Below, piece by piece: positions 18,963-26,328 of a DNA stretch of 32,000 nucleotides; within the stretch, counting starts at the first letter, position 1, and each line of letters starts with the position of its first letter. Both the position numbers and the translations under genes were made by a program. This DNA comes from Kineococcus radiotolerans SRS30216 = ATCC BAA-149. GTDB taxonomy: Bacteria; Actinomycetota; Actinomycetes; Actinomycetales; Kineococcaceae. Location: assembly GCF_000017305.1 (NCBI RefSeq), contig NC_009664.2, positions 2,910,001 to 2,942,000 of the forward strand. The letters run 5' to 3'. The notes below the pieces were generated by a model. It searched no databases. It worked only from the letters and a program-made list of their open reading frames with translations, and had not been told where the DNA came from.

Positions 18963-21410
18963 GTGGTCGGGTTCTCGCACCTCAGGCGGACGGGGGTCCT
19001 CGCCGCCGCGGTGGTCCTGGCCCTGGCGGTGACCCCGTCGGCGAGCGCGGCGCCCCCCGCCCCCGGTGCCCCCGGTGCGGTCGCCCGGGGGACGACGGCG
19101 GCCGCGGACTGGAGCGTCACCCCCGTCGGCGCCGGCTCCTGGGACGTCGAGCTGCGCCTGCCCTCCCCGGTCCCGCTGCGGGCCGCGCAGCCCCAGCTCG
19201 CCGTGGACGGGACCGTCCTGGGGGTGGCGCGCCAGGGCGCGGACGGGCGCACCCTCACGCTGCGCACGACCGATCCCCGGGCTGCCCGGGCCGGGCGGGT
19301 GCAACTGGCCTGGAACGGGGTGGTGAGCGGGGACGAGGCCCGCACCCTGCGCCACGCCGCGGCCGCGCCCGCGGTCGCCGCGCCCGCACCCACCGGGAGC
19401 CTCCTCGCCGCCGACCCCGCGACCCGCGGGCGGTTCCGGGTGCAGCGGGCCGACTACGACCTCGGCGACACCGCGCTGCGCCTGCCGGGCCTGGCCGGGC
19501 AGGCGGTGGAGCAGCGGGCCGCGGTCTACCTGCCCGCCGCCGCCCCCGGCCCCCGCCCGGTGGTGGTGTTCCTGCACGGGCGCCACCAGGCCTGCTTCGG
19601 CGGCACCGTGGAGGGGGACTTCGGCGGGTGGCCGTGCACCGGCGGGTCCCGCCCCGTCCCCAGCCACCTCGGCTACGGCGAGGCCGCCGAGGCGCTGGCC
19701 TCGCAGGGCTACGCGGTGGTCTCGATCAGCGCCGACGGCGTCAACGCCCTGGACTGGGGCGCGGAGGACGGCGGCGCCCAGGCCCGCGGGGAACTCGTCC
19801 TCGCCCACCTGGACCTGCTGCGCTCCTGGACCGACGGGCGCGGGGGGAAGGCCGGGGCGGCCCTGCGCGGGCGCCTGGACCTCGCCGACGTGGGGCTGAT
19901 GGGGCACTCGCGCGGGGGCGAGGGGGTCGTGCGGGCGGCGCTGCTGAACGCCGAGCGCCCCGACCCCTACGGCGTGCGGGCGGTGATGCCGCTGGCGCCG
20001 GTGGACTTCGCCCGCTCCACCCTGCCCGGCACGGCCATGGCCGTGGTGCTGCCGTACTGCGACGGGGACGTCTCCGACCAGCAGGGGCAGCACTTCCACG
20101 ACGACACCCGCTACGCCGCGCGCGACGACGTCCTGCGCACGTCGCTGCTGGTGATGGGGGCCAACCACAACTACTTCAACTCCGAGTGGACGCCCGGCGC
20201 CTCGCAGGCCCCCTCGAACGACGACTGGTACCTCGACGACGACCCGGTGTGCGGGCCGGACGCCCCCGGCCGCCTCACCCCGGCCGAGCAGCGGGCCGTG
20301 GGCACCGCGTACGTGTCGGGGTTCTTCCGCCTCCACCTCGGCGGGGAGCAGCAGTTCCTGCCGCTGTTCGACGGCACCGGCGGGCGCGCCGCCTCGGCCG
20401 GGCGCGCGGTCGTCCACGCTCAGGCCCAGCAGCCCTCCTCCGCGCGGACCGACCTCGCGCCGCTGGAGGCCGCGACCCCCACCGTCACCCTCCCCCCGCG
20501 GGCGGAGCACTGCGCGAGCGCGGGCCCGCCCGTGGCGGGTCAGCCCGTGCGGTGCGCGGGCGAGCAGCGCCCCCTGAGCTCCCTCCCGCACTGGACCCCC
20601 GCGTGGCTGGCCCCGTCGGTGCCGGCCACCCCGGTGCTGCGGGCCCGCTGGCGGGCCGGCGCGAAGGAGCCGCTGACCGTCGCCGTGCCCCGCGGGGCGG
20701 TGACCGGGGTGCGGCAGGCCCTCACGTTCCGGGCGGCGACGCCGCAGGCCCGGGCCACCGACCTGGTCGTCGCCCTGACCGACACCGCGGGACGGCGGGC
20801 CGCGGTCCCGGTGTCGCGGTTCAGCTCCGCGCTGCGGCCGCTGCCCGCCCTCGCGGACCCGTGGGGCGGTGGGGGCGAACCGCTGGCCAAGACGTGGCTG
20901 CGGACGGTGCGCCTGCCGCTGGACGCCTTCCCCGGCGTCGACGTGGGCCGGCTGGCGTCGGTGACGTTCACCCCCACCGGGGCCGGCGCCGACGTGTACC
21001 TCTCCGACGTCGCCCTGGACCGCCCCGCGAGCGGGACGGGTCCCACCACCGCCGCCCTGCCCGCGGTGAGCATCGGCGACGTGCAGGCCTTCGAGGACGA
21101 CGGGACCCAGCGGGTGTCGATGCCCCTGACGCTGTCGCGGCGCTCGAAGGTGCCGGTGACGGTGGAAGTGGACACCGCCGCGGCCGCCGTGGACGGGCGC
21201 GTCGCGGCGCGGTGGCGGCACGTGACGATCCCCGCGGGGTCGCTGACCGGGCGGGTCGTCGTCCCGCTGGTGGGCGACGACGTGGCCGGGGAGGCGCTGG
21301 CCCGGTTGACGGTGACGCTGTCGGTGCCGCGCGGGGCCGTCGTCGGCGACGGGTTCGGCACGCTGTCGGTGTACGACGACGACCTGTGGGACGAGAGCGC
21401 GGCGGGCTGA
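18963..21410 (+). CDS. Secreted multidomain alpha/beta hydrolase (lipase/cutinase-like Ser-Asp-His core) with a Calx-beta-like C-terminal domain
   Basis: In frame with ORF 18858..21410. I prefer GTG 18963, which has a GGGAGGGGG Shine-Dalgarno 5 nt upstream. Signal peptide VVGFSHLRRTGVLAAAVVLALAVTPSASA (contains RR, so possibly Tat). Nucleophile elbow GHSRGG (Ser codon 19908-19910). Candidate acid in LPYCDGDV (20061-20069) and candidate His in GANHNYFN (20166-20168). The C-terminal approximately 110 aa (SIGDVQAFEDDGTQRVSMPLTLS...VPLVGDDVAGEALARLTVTLS...GTLSVYDDD) fits the Calx-beta pattern. Confidence 0.75.
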   Translation: MVGFSHLRRTGVLAAAVVLALAVTPSASAAPPAPGAPGAVARGTTAAADWSVTPVGAGSWDVELRLPSPVPLRAAQPQLAVDGTVLGVARQGADGRTLTLRTTDPRAARAGRVQLAWNGVVSGDEARTLRHAAAAPAVAAPAPTGSLLAADPATRGRFRVQRADYDLGDTALRLPGLAGQAVEQRAAVYLPAAAPGPRPVVVFLHGRHQACFGGTVEGDFGGWPCTGGSRPVPSHLGYGEAAEALASQGYAVVSISADGVNALDWGAEDGGAQARGELVLAHLDLLRSWTDGRGGKAGAALRGRLDLADVGLMGHSRGGEGVVRAALLNAERPDPYGVRAVMPLAPVDFARSTLPGTAMAVVLPYCDGDVSDQQGQHFHDDTRYAARDDVLRTSLLVMGANHNYFNSEWTPGASQAPSNDDWYLDDDPVCGPDAPGRLTPAEQRAVGTAYVSGFFRLHLGGEQQFLPLFDGTGGRAASAGRAVVHAQAQQPSSARTDLAPLEAATPTVTLPPRAEHCASAGPPVAGQPVRCAGEQRPLSSLPHWTPAWLAPSVPATPVLRARWRAGAKEPLTVAVPRGAVTGVRQALTFRAATPQARATDLVVALTDTAGRRAAVPVSRFSSALRPLPALADPWGGGGEPLAKTWLRTVRLPLDAFPGVDVGRLASVTFTPTGAGADVYLSDVALDRPASGTGPTTAALPAVSIGDVQAFEDDGTQRVSMPLTLSRRSKVPVTVEVDTAAAAVDGRVAARWRHVTIPAGSLTGRVVVPLVGDDVAGEALARLTVTLSVPRGAVVGDGFGTLSVYDDDLWDESAAG

Positions 21411-21431
21411 CCCGCGGCCGGGCGGCCGCGT

Positions 21432-21465
21432 CCGGGTGCGGCGCACGCTTGCGCGGCGCACCCGG
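21432..21465 (+). terminator. Stem-loop after the hydrolase gene
   Basis: In CCGGGTGCGGCGCACGCTTGCGCGGCGCACCCGG, the outer 9 bp are perfect and 3 to 4 further pairs form around a GCTT loop. It starts 22 nt after the stop. Confidence 0.55.
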
Positions 21466-21526
21466 GCGGGGTTGGGTGGGGCCCAGCCGCCGACACCGAC
21501 GTCGGCGCTCTCGGAAGGGGTTCCTC

Positions 21527-22759
21527 GTGACCACGACCACCAGCAGCGGCAACCGCGCCGTCGCCTACCTCGGCCCGGGGAAGGTCGAGGTGCAGAACAT
21601 CGACTACCCCACGTTCGAGCTCAAGGACGGCCCGGGCGTCAACCCCGCCAACGTCGGCCGCAAGGTCGAGCACGGCGTCGTCCTCAAGCTCGTCGCGACG
21701 AACATCTGCGGTTCGGACCAGCACATGGTCCGCGGGCGCACCACCGCCCCGCCGAACCTCGTCCTCGGGCACGAGATCACCGGGGAGATCGTCGAGAAGG
21801 GCCGCGACGTCGAGTTCCTCGAGGTCGGGGACCTCGTGTCGGTGCCGTTCAACATCGCCTGCGGCCGCTGCCGCAACTGCAAGGAGCGCAAGACCGGCAT
21901 CTGCCTCAACGTGAACCCCGACCGCCCCGGCTCGGCCTACGGCTACGTCGACATGGGCGGGTGGGTCGGCGGTCAGGCGGAGTACGTCCTGGTGCCGTAC
22001 GCGGACTTCAACTGCCTGCGGTTCCCCGACAAGGACCAGGCGATGGAGAAGATCCTCGACCTGACGATGCTGTCGGACATCTTCCCCACCGGTTTCCACG
22101 GCTGCGTGAGCGCCGGGGTCGGGGTCGGCTCGACGGTGTACGTCGCCGGGGCCGGGCCCGTGGGGCTCGCCGCCGCGGTGGGCGCGCAGCTGCTGGGCGC
22201 GGCCGTCGTCATCGTCGGCGACCTCAACGCCGAGCGGCTGGAGCGGGCGCGCAGCTTCGGGTGCGAGACCGTCGACGTCTCGAAGGGCGACCCGAAGGAC
22301 CAGATCGAGCAGATCCTCGGGGTGCCGGAGGTGGACTGCGGGGTCGACGCCGTCGGGTTCGAGGCCCGTGGGCACGGTTCCGGGGCGAGCGGCGAGGCGC
22401 CGGCGACGGTCCTGAACTCCCTCATGGAGATCACCGCCGCGGGCGGCGCGCTGGGCATCCCGGGGCTGTACGTGACCGGCGACCCGGGCGGGGTCGACGA
22501 GGCGGCCAAGAAGGGGTCGCTGTCGCTGGACCTCGGCACCGGGTGGGCGAAGTCGCTGGCCTTCACCACCGGCCAGTGCCCGGTGATGAAGTACCACCGC
22601 GGTCTGATGATGGCGATCCTGCACGACAAGGTGCAGATCGCGAAGGCCGTCGGGGCGACGGCGATCTCGCTGGACGAGGCGCCGGAGGCGTACGCGAAGT
22701 TCGACGCCGGGGCACCGCAGAAGTTCGTCATCGACCCGCACGGGATGATCCCGCGCTGA
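21527..22759 (+). CDS. fdhA: Glutathione-independent formaldehyde dehydrogenase (zinc-dependent MDR family)
   Basis: Last 410 aa of the artefactual 1299-aa ORF 18860..22759. GTG at 21527 follows GGAAGGGG. Catalytic-zinc region ATNICGSDQHMVRG...LGHEITGE, structural-zinc CGRCRNCKERKTGIC, Rossmann VAGAGPVGL, and the long C-terminal region characteristic of Pseudomonas-type FdhA. Confidence 0.85.
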   Translation: MTTTTSSGNRAVAYLGPGKVEVQNIDYPTFELKDGPGVNPANVGRKVEHGVVLKLVATNICGSDQHMVRGRTTAPPNLVLGHEITGEIVEKGRDVEFLEVGDLVSVPFNIACGRCRNCKERKTGICLNVNPDRPGSAYGYVDMGGWVGGQAEYVLVPYADFNCLRFPDKDQAMEKILDLTMLSDIFPTGFHGCVSAGVGVGSTVYVAGAGPVGLAAAVGAQLLGAAVVIVGDLNAERLERARSFGCETVDVSKGDPKDQIEQILGVPEVDCGVDAVGFEARGHGSGASGEAPATVLNSLMEITAAGGALGIPGLYVTGDPGGVDEAAKKGSLSLDLGTGWAKSLAFTTGQCPVMKYHRGLMMAILHDKVQIAKAVGATAISLDEAPEAYAKFDAGAPQKFVIDPHGMIPR

Positions 22760-22763
22760 CAGG

Positions 22764-22819
22764 TCGTCCTGCGCAGATCGTCCTGCACGGATCGCTCAGC
22801 ACAGATTGTCCAGGAAACA
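22764..22819. repeat. Degenerate tandem array, 4 x 14 nt (TCGTCCTGCGCAGA / TCGTCCTGCACGGA / TCGCTCAGCACAGA / TTGTCCAGGAAACA)
   Basis: Read directly in the 101-nt spacer between fdhA and the dioxygenase gene. Units 1 and 2 match at 12 of 14, units 2 and 3 at 10 of 14, and units 3 and 4 at 8 of 14. The segment is locally less GC-rich. Confidence 0.6.
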
Positions 22820-22860
22820 GTCGGTGAACTGGGCAGACTGCCCGTCGTCGGCGCGCTACG

Positions 22861-23895
22861 GTGGACGTCCGAAGCGTGCCGACGATGGGAGACCCCGCTG
22901 TGTCCTCGCTGTTCCTCGACTCCTCCGCCCACGTGCCGACCCTGTTCGAGCTGCCCGCGCCCCAGCGGGCCGCGCTGGCCGCGCTGGGCGCGCGCCTGAC
23001 CGCGGACCCGGTGACCGAGCCCGACGCCTTCGGCCGCCAGGCGCGCCTGCTGGCCCGCGAACTGTCCGTCGAGGTCACCGAGGCCCTGTGGGCGTTCGAG
23101 GAACGGGGATCGGACTCCGGGGTCCTCGTCCTGCGCGGCCTGGAGGTCGGTGAGCTGCCGCCCACCCCGGCCGACAACACCGGCGGGATCGGCGGGCGCA
23201 CCCTGCTCGCCCGCCAGCAGGCGATCGTCAGCCACGCGCTGGGGCACATGGTCGGCTACGCCGCCGAGGGCCACGGGCACCTCCTGCAGGACATGGTCCC
23301 CAACGCCAGGCTCGCCGCGACCCAGCAGTCGCAGGGCTCCCGGGTGGAGCTGGAGGCGCACACCGAGCAGTGCTTCTCCGACCTGCGCCCCGACTACGTC
23401 GTCCTGGGCTGCCTGCGCGGGGACGCCGACGCCGCCACCTACGCGTTCCGCGCCCTGGACCTGCTGGCCCACGTGGACCCCACCGACGTCATGGAGCTGT
23501 TCCGGCCGCTGTGGACGACGCTGGTCGACGAGTCCTTCGCCGACTTCCTCGACACCCGCGAGGTGCGCGGGCCGTTCTCCATCCTCTCCGGCGACGTCGA
23601 CGACCCGACGATGCTCGTCGACCAGGACCTCATGCACGGCATCACCAAGCACGCCCAGGCCCTGCTGGAGCGCGTGCTGGAGATCTACGTCGCCCACCGC
23701 CACGCCGTCGTCCTCCAGCCCGGGGACGTGCTGCTGCTGGACAACCTGCGCGCCATGCACGGCCGCTCGCCGTTCGCCCCGCGCTTCGACGGCACCGACC
23801 GGTTCATCTCCCGGGGTTTCGTCGTCCGCGACCTGCGCCGCTCCCGCTTCGCCCGCCCCGGCGGGAACCGCGTCGTGCAGGCCAGCTTCAGCTGA
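22861..23895 (+). CDS. Fe(II)/2-oxoglutarate-dependent dioxygenase, clavaminate-synthase-like (VioC/AsnO-type amino-acid hydroxylase family)
   Basis: 344-aa ORF. Facial triad: LEAHTEQ (His 23359-23361, Glu 23365-23367) and the distal NLRAMHGRSPF (His 23758-23760) followed by Arg. The overall length fits CAS-like enzymes. The start is uncertain: GTG 22861, ATG 22885, or GTG 22900, of which only the last has a GGGAGA Shine-Dalgarno. Confidence 0.8.
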   Translation: MDVRSVPTMGDPAVSSLFLDSSAHVPTLFELPAPQRAALAALGARLTADPVTEPDAFGRQARLLARELSVEVTEALWAFEERGSDSGVLVLRGLEVGELPPTPADNTGGIGGRTLLARQQAIVSHALGHMVGYAAEGHGHLLQDMVPNARLAATQQSQGSRVELEAHTEQCFSDLRPDYVVLGCLRGDADAATYAFRALDLLAHVDPTDVMELFRPLWTTLVDESFADFLDTREVRGPFSILSGDVDDPTMLVDQDLMHGITKHAQALLERVLEIYVAHRHAVVLQPGDVLLLDNLRAMHGRSPFAPRFDGTDRFISRGFVVRDLRRSRFARPGGNRVVQASFS

Positions 23896-23916
23896 CCCAC
23901 CGCCCCGGCGCGGGCG

Positions 23917-24465
23917 TCAGTGGCTGCGGCGCCCGCGCCCCGACGCCAGCACCGGGGCCAGCAGGCGGTCGGCGACCACACCGGTCGCCACCGAGAACAC
24001 CGTCTTGTGCAGCACGTCCACGGCCAGTTCCGCGGCGGGCCAGGTGGCCGGGGGAGCGCCCACCCCCGTGGCGTTCTCCACGGTCTGGTCGAAGCCGAGG
24101 CGGATCGCGGTGTGCCACGCGTTGGCGTGGGCGCCGCGGATCCCCGTCACCGCCCACACCCCCCGCAGCGCCCCGAGCGCGGCCGCGGTGCCGAAGTGCA
24201 TGAGGTGGTTCCACACCACCGGCGTCGCCGCGTCGCCCGGGTCGCGCCCCAGCGACCCCAGCAGGGCCCGGGCCGGGACGAAGGAGTCCGGGCGGTGCGT
24301 GAACGCCTGCTCCACCTTCTCCCCGAGGGTCATGACGGTCCCCCCGGCCAGCCCGGCCAGGGCGCCGACGCCGGCGGCGCGCAGCAGCGCCGCGGGACGC
24401 GACGCGGCGGGGCCGTCCGCGGTGGTGCTCCTGGTCGAGCTCTCGGTCGCGTTCTTCGTGGTCAC
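23917..24465 (-). CDS. Hypothetical membrane protein (182 aa)
   Basis: This ORF has a balanced amino-acid composition and strong G/C at third positions, unlike the overlapping frames. It has hydrophobic segments (AALLRAAGVGALAGLAGGTVM, TAAALGALRGVWAV, VFSVATGVVADRLLAPVL). It lies 37 nt downstream of the ABC1-kinase stop on the same strand. I recognise no family. Confidence 0.6.
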   Translation of the reverse strand: MTTKNATESSTRSTTADGPAASRPAALLRAAGVGALAGLAGGTVMTLGEKVEQAFTHRPDSFVPARALLGSLGRDPGDAATPVVWNHLMHFGTAAALGALRGVWAVTGIRGAHANAWHTAIRLGFDQTVENATGVGAPPATWPAAELAVDVLHKTVFSVATGVVADRLLAPVLASGRGRRSH

Positions 24466-24502
24466 GGTGGTCCACCCGTCGGGAGAGGGAACAGCAGGAC
24501 GG

Positions 24503-26161
24503 TCAGCGCCGGCGGGAGCGGTGCCCCCGCGCGGTCCAGCCCAGGTAGCCGGTCAGGGCGCCCAGCGCGGTGACCCCGACCGCGACGACCTTCGCCTCGT
24601 GCGGCTTCAGCCGTTCGGGGTCGGTGGAACCCAGGGTGGCCAGCGCCCCGATCCCCGCGGACACGACGAGCCCGGCGACGACGCGGTTGCCGATGCGCTC
24701 CAGCCGGGCCACCAGCGGGTCGAGGTCGTCGGTGCGCAGCGACACCGAGATCCCGTCGCGGTCCAGCACGTCCAGCACCCGGCCCAGCTGCCCCGGCAGC
24801 TCCACCCCGAGCTGGGCGACGTCGATCCCGGCCTGCCGCACGCGCTTGGCCATCTCGCGCGGGTCGAAGTGCCGGCGGACCAGCCGGCGCGCGTACGGGC
24901 CCAGGACCCGGCCGAGCTGGAAGTCGGGGTCCAGGCTCGACCCCAGCCCCTCGGTCATCACGATCATCTTCACGACGAGCGCGAGGTTGCGGGGCAGGGC
25001 CAGGTGGTGCCGGCGCAGGATCGCCAGGACGTCGCGCACCACGTCGCCGACCTGGATCCGCCCCAGCGGCAGGCCCTCGTAGGTGCGCAGCAGGTGGGCG
25101 CAGTCGGTGGTCAGCCGCACCCGGTCCACGCGGTGCTCGGTGACCCCGATCGTCGCGAACGCCGCGGCGATGCGCGCCGGGTCGCGGCGGTCGAAGGCGG
25201 CCAGCAGCATCGCCAGGTGCTCGCGGGAGCGTTCGTCGACCTCCCCGACCATCCCGTAGTCGAGCAGCCCGATGCGGCCCGAGGGCTCGATGAGGAAGTT
25301 GCCCGGGTGCGGGTCGGCGTGGAAGAACCCGTGCTCGAAGACCATGTCCGCCATCAGCCGCGTCGCGCGGGCCGCCAGCTCCGAGCGGTCCACGCCGTGC
25401 TCGGCCAGCGCCGCCTCGTCGCTGATCTTCACCCCGTGCAGCCGCTCCAGGGTGATGACCCGGGAGGTCGTGGTGTCCCAGTAGACCTTCGGGATGCGGA
25501 TGTCGGGGTCGCCCTCGAAGTTGCGGGCGAAGCGCTCGGCGTTGTGGCCCTCGGTGAGGTAGTCCAGCTCCGCGCGCAGCGTGTCCGCGAAGTCGCTGGC
25601 CAGCCCGACGACGTCGTAGTCCGCGGCCACCGACCAGCGCCGCGAGGCCTGCACGGCCAGGGCGCGCAGGATCTCCAGGTCGCCCTCGACCTCCTCGACC
25701 ACGCCGGGGCGGCGGACCTTCACCACCACGCGGGTGCCGTCCTCGAGGACGGCGGTGTGGGCCTGCCCGATCGAGGCGCTGGCCAGCGGCTCGCGGCTGA
25801 AGGCGACGAACAGCTCCTCGGGGCCCTGGCCCAGCTCCTCCTCGACGGCGGCGCGGATCGTCTCGTAGGGGACGGCCGTCGCGCTGTCCTGCAGCTTCTC
25901 CAGCTCGTGCTGGAAGGCGGGGGAGAGCAGGTCGGGGCGGGTGGAGAGGATCTGCCCGATCTTCACCGCGGTCGGCCCGAGCTCCTCCATGACCAGCCGC
26001 ACGTGCTCGGCGCGGGTGTGCTTCTCCCGCTCGCGGGGGTGGCCGAAGAGGTCCCAGTCGGCGCGCACCCACCGCTCGAGCCCCAGGGCGTCGATGAAGT
26101 ACCCCAGACCGTGCCGGGACAGGATCCGGCTGATCTGCAGGTAGCGGTCCTGGTGGCGCAT
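24503..26161 (-). CDS. ABC1/UbiB/AarF-family atypical protein kinase with C-terminal TM helices
   Basis: Last 552 aa of ORF 24503..26911(-). ATG at 26161 follows GGGGAGA. Motifs: GPTAVKIGQILSTRPDLL, ASASIGQAH, VVVKVRRPG, HADPHPGNFLI and LLDYGMVG. The C-terminal hydrophobic pair is VVAGLVVSAGIGALATL and VVAVGVTALGALTGYLGW. Confidence 0.9.
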   Translation of the reverse strand: MRHQDRYLQISRILSRHGLGYFIDALGLERWVRADWDLFGHPREREKHTRAEHVRLVMEELGPTAVKIGQILSTRPDLLSPAFQHELEKLQDSATAVPYETIRAAVEEELGQGPEELFVAFSREPLASASIGQAHTAVLEDGTRVVVKVRRPGVVEEVEGDLEILRALAVQASRRWSVAADYDVVGLASDFADTLRAELDYLTEGHNAERFARNFEGDPDIRIPKVYWDTTTSRVITLERLHGVKISDEAALAEHGVDRSELAARATRLMADMVFEHGFFHADPHPGNFLIEPSGRIGLLDYGMVGEVDERSREHLAMLLAAFDRRDPARIAAAFATIGVTEHRVDRVRLTTDCAHLLRTYEGLPLGRIQVGDVVRDVLAILRRHHLALPRNLALVVKMIVMTEGLGSSLDPDFQLGRVLGPYARRLVRRHFDPREMAKRVRQAGIDVAQLGVELPGQLGRVLDVLDRDGISVSLRTDDLDPLVARLERIGNRVVAGLVVSAGIGALATLGSTDPERLKPHEAKVVAVGVTALGALTGYLGWTARGHRSRRR

Positions 26162-26256
26162 GCATCTCCCCGGGGTGGCTCTGCCCCGCACTCTACGCAG
26201 CGGGCCCCGCGGCGCGACCGCGCGGGCGCGGAGCCCGCCGACGGGCCCGCCGACGG

Positions 26257-26317
26257 GTCCCCGGCGGCGACGGCCCGGGGACGACGGAGGGCCCGCCCGC
26301 GGTGCGGACGGGCCCTC
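26257..26317 (-). terminator. Two consecutive stem-loops just downstream of sdhB
   Basis: Hairpin 1, 26287-26317: GAGGGCCCG-N13-CGGGCCCTC (9 bp), 11 nt after the sdhB stop. Hairpin 2, 26257-26282: GTCCCCGG-N10-CCGGGGAC (8 bp). No T-tract. Confidence 0.55.
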
Positions 26318-26328
26318 GGCCGGGCGGT

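Noticed and set aside
17271-21461. 1396-aa ORF antisense to the GH1 and hydrolase genes
   Set aside because: The composition is extremely Arg/Gly/Pro-biased with no motifs, and it lies opposite two genes with clear catalytic motifs and proper third-position G/C bias. It is a GC artefact, not an overlapping gene.
18860-22759. 1299-aa plus-strand ORF
   Set aside because: Only the C-terminal 410 aa (fdhA, from GTG 21527, which has its own Shine-Dalgarno) are genuine. The upstream part is the +2 frame of the hydrolase gene and crosses a terminator hairpin.
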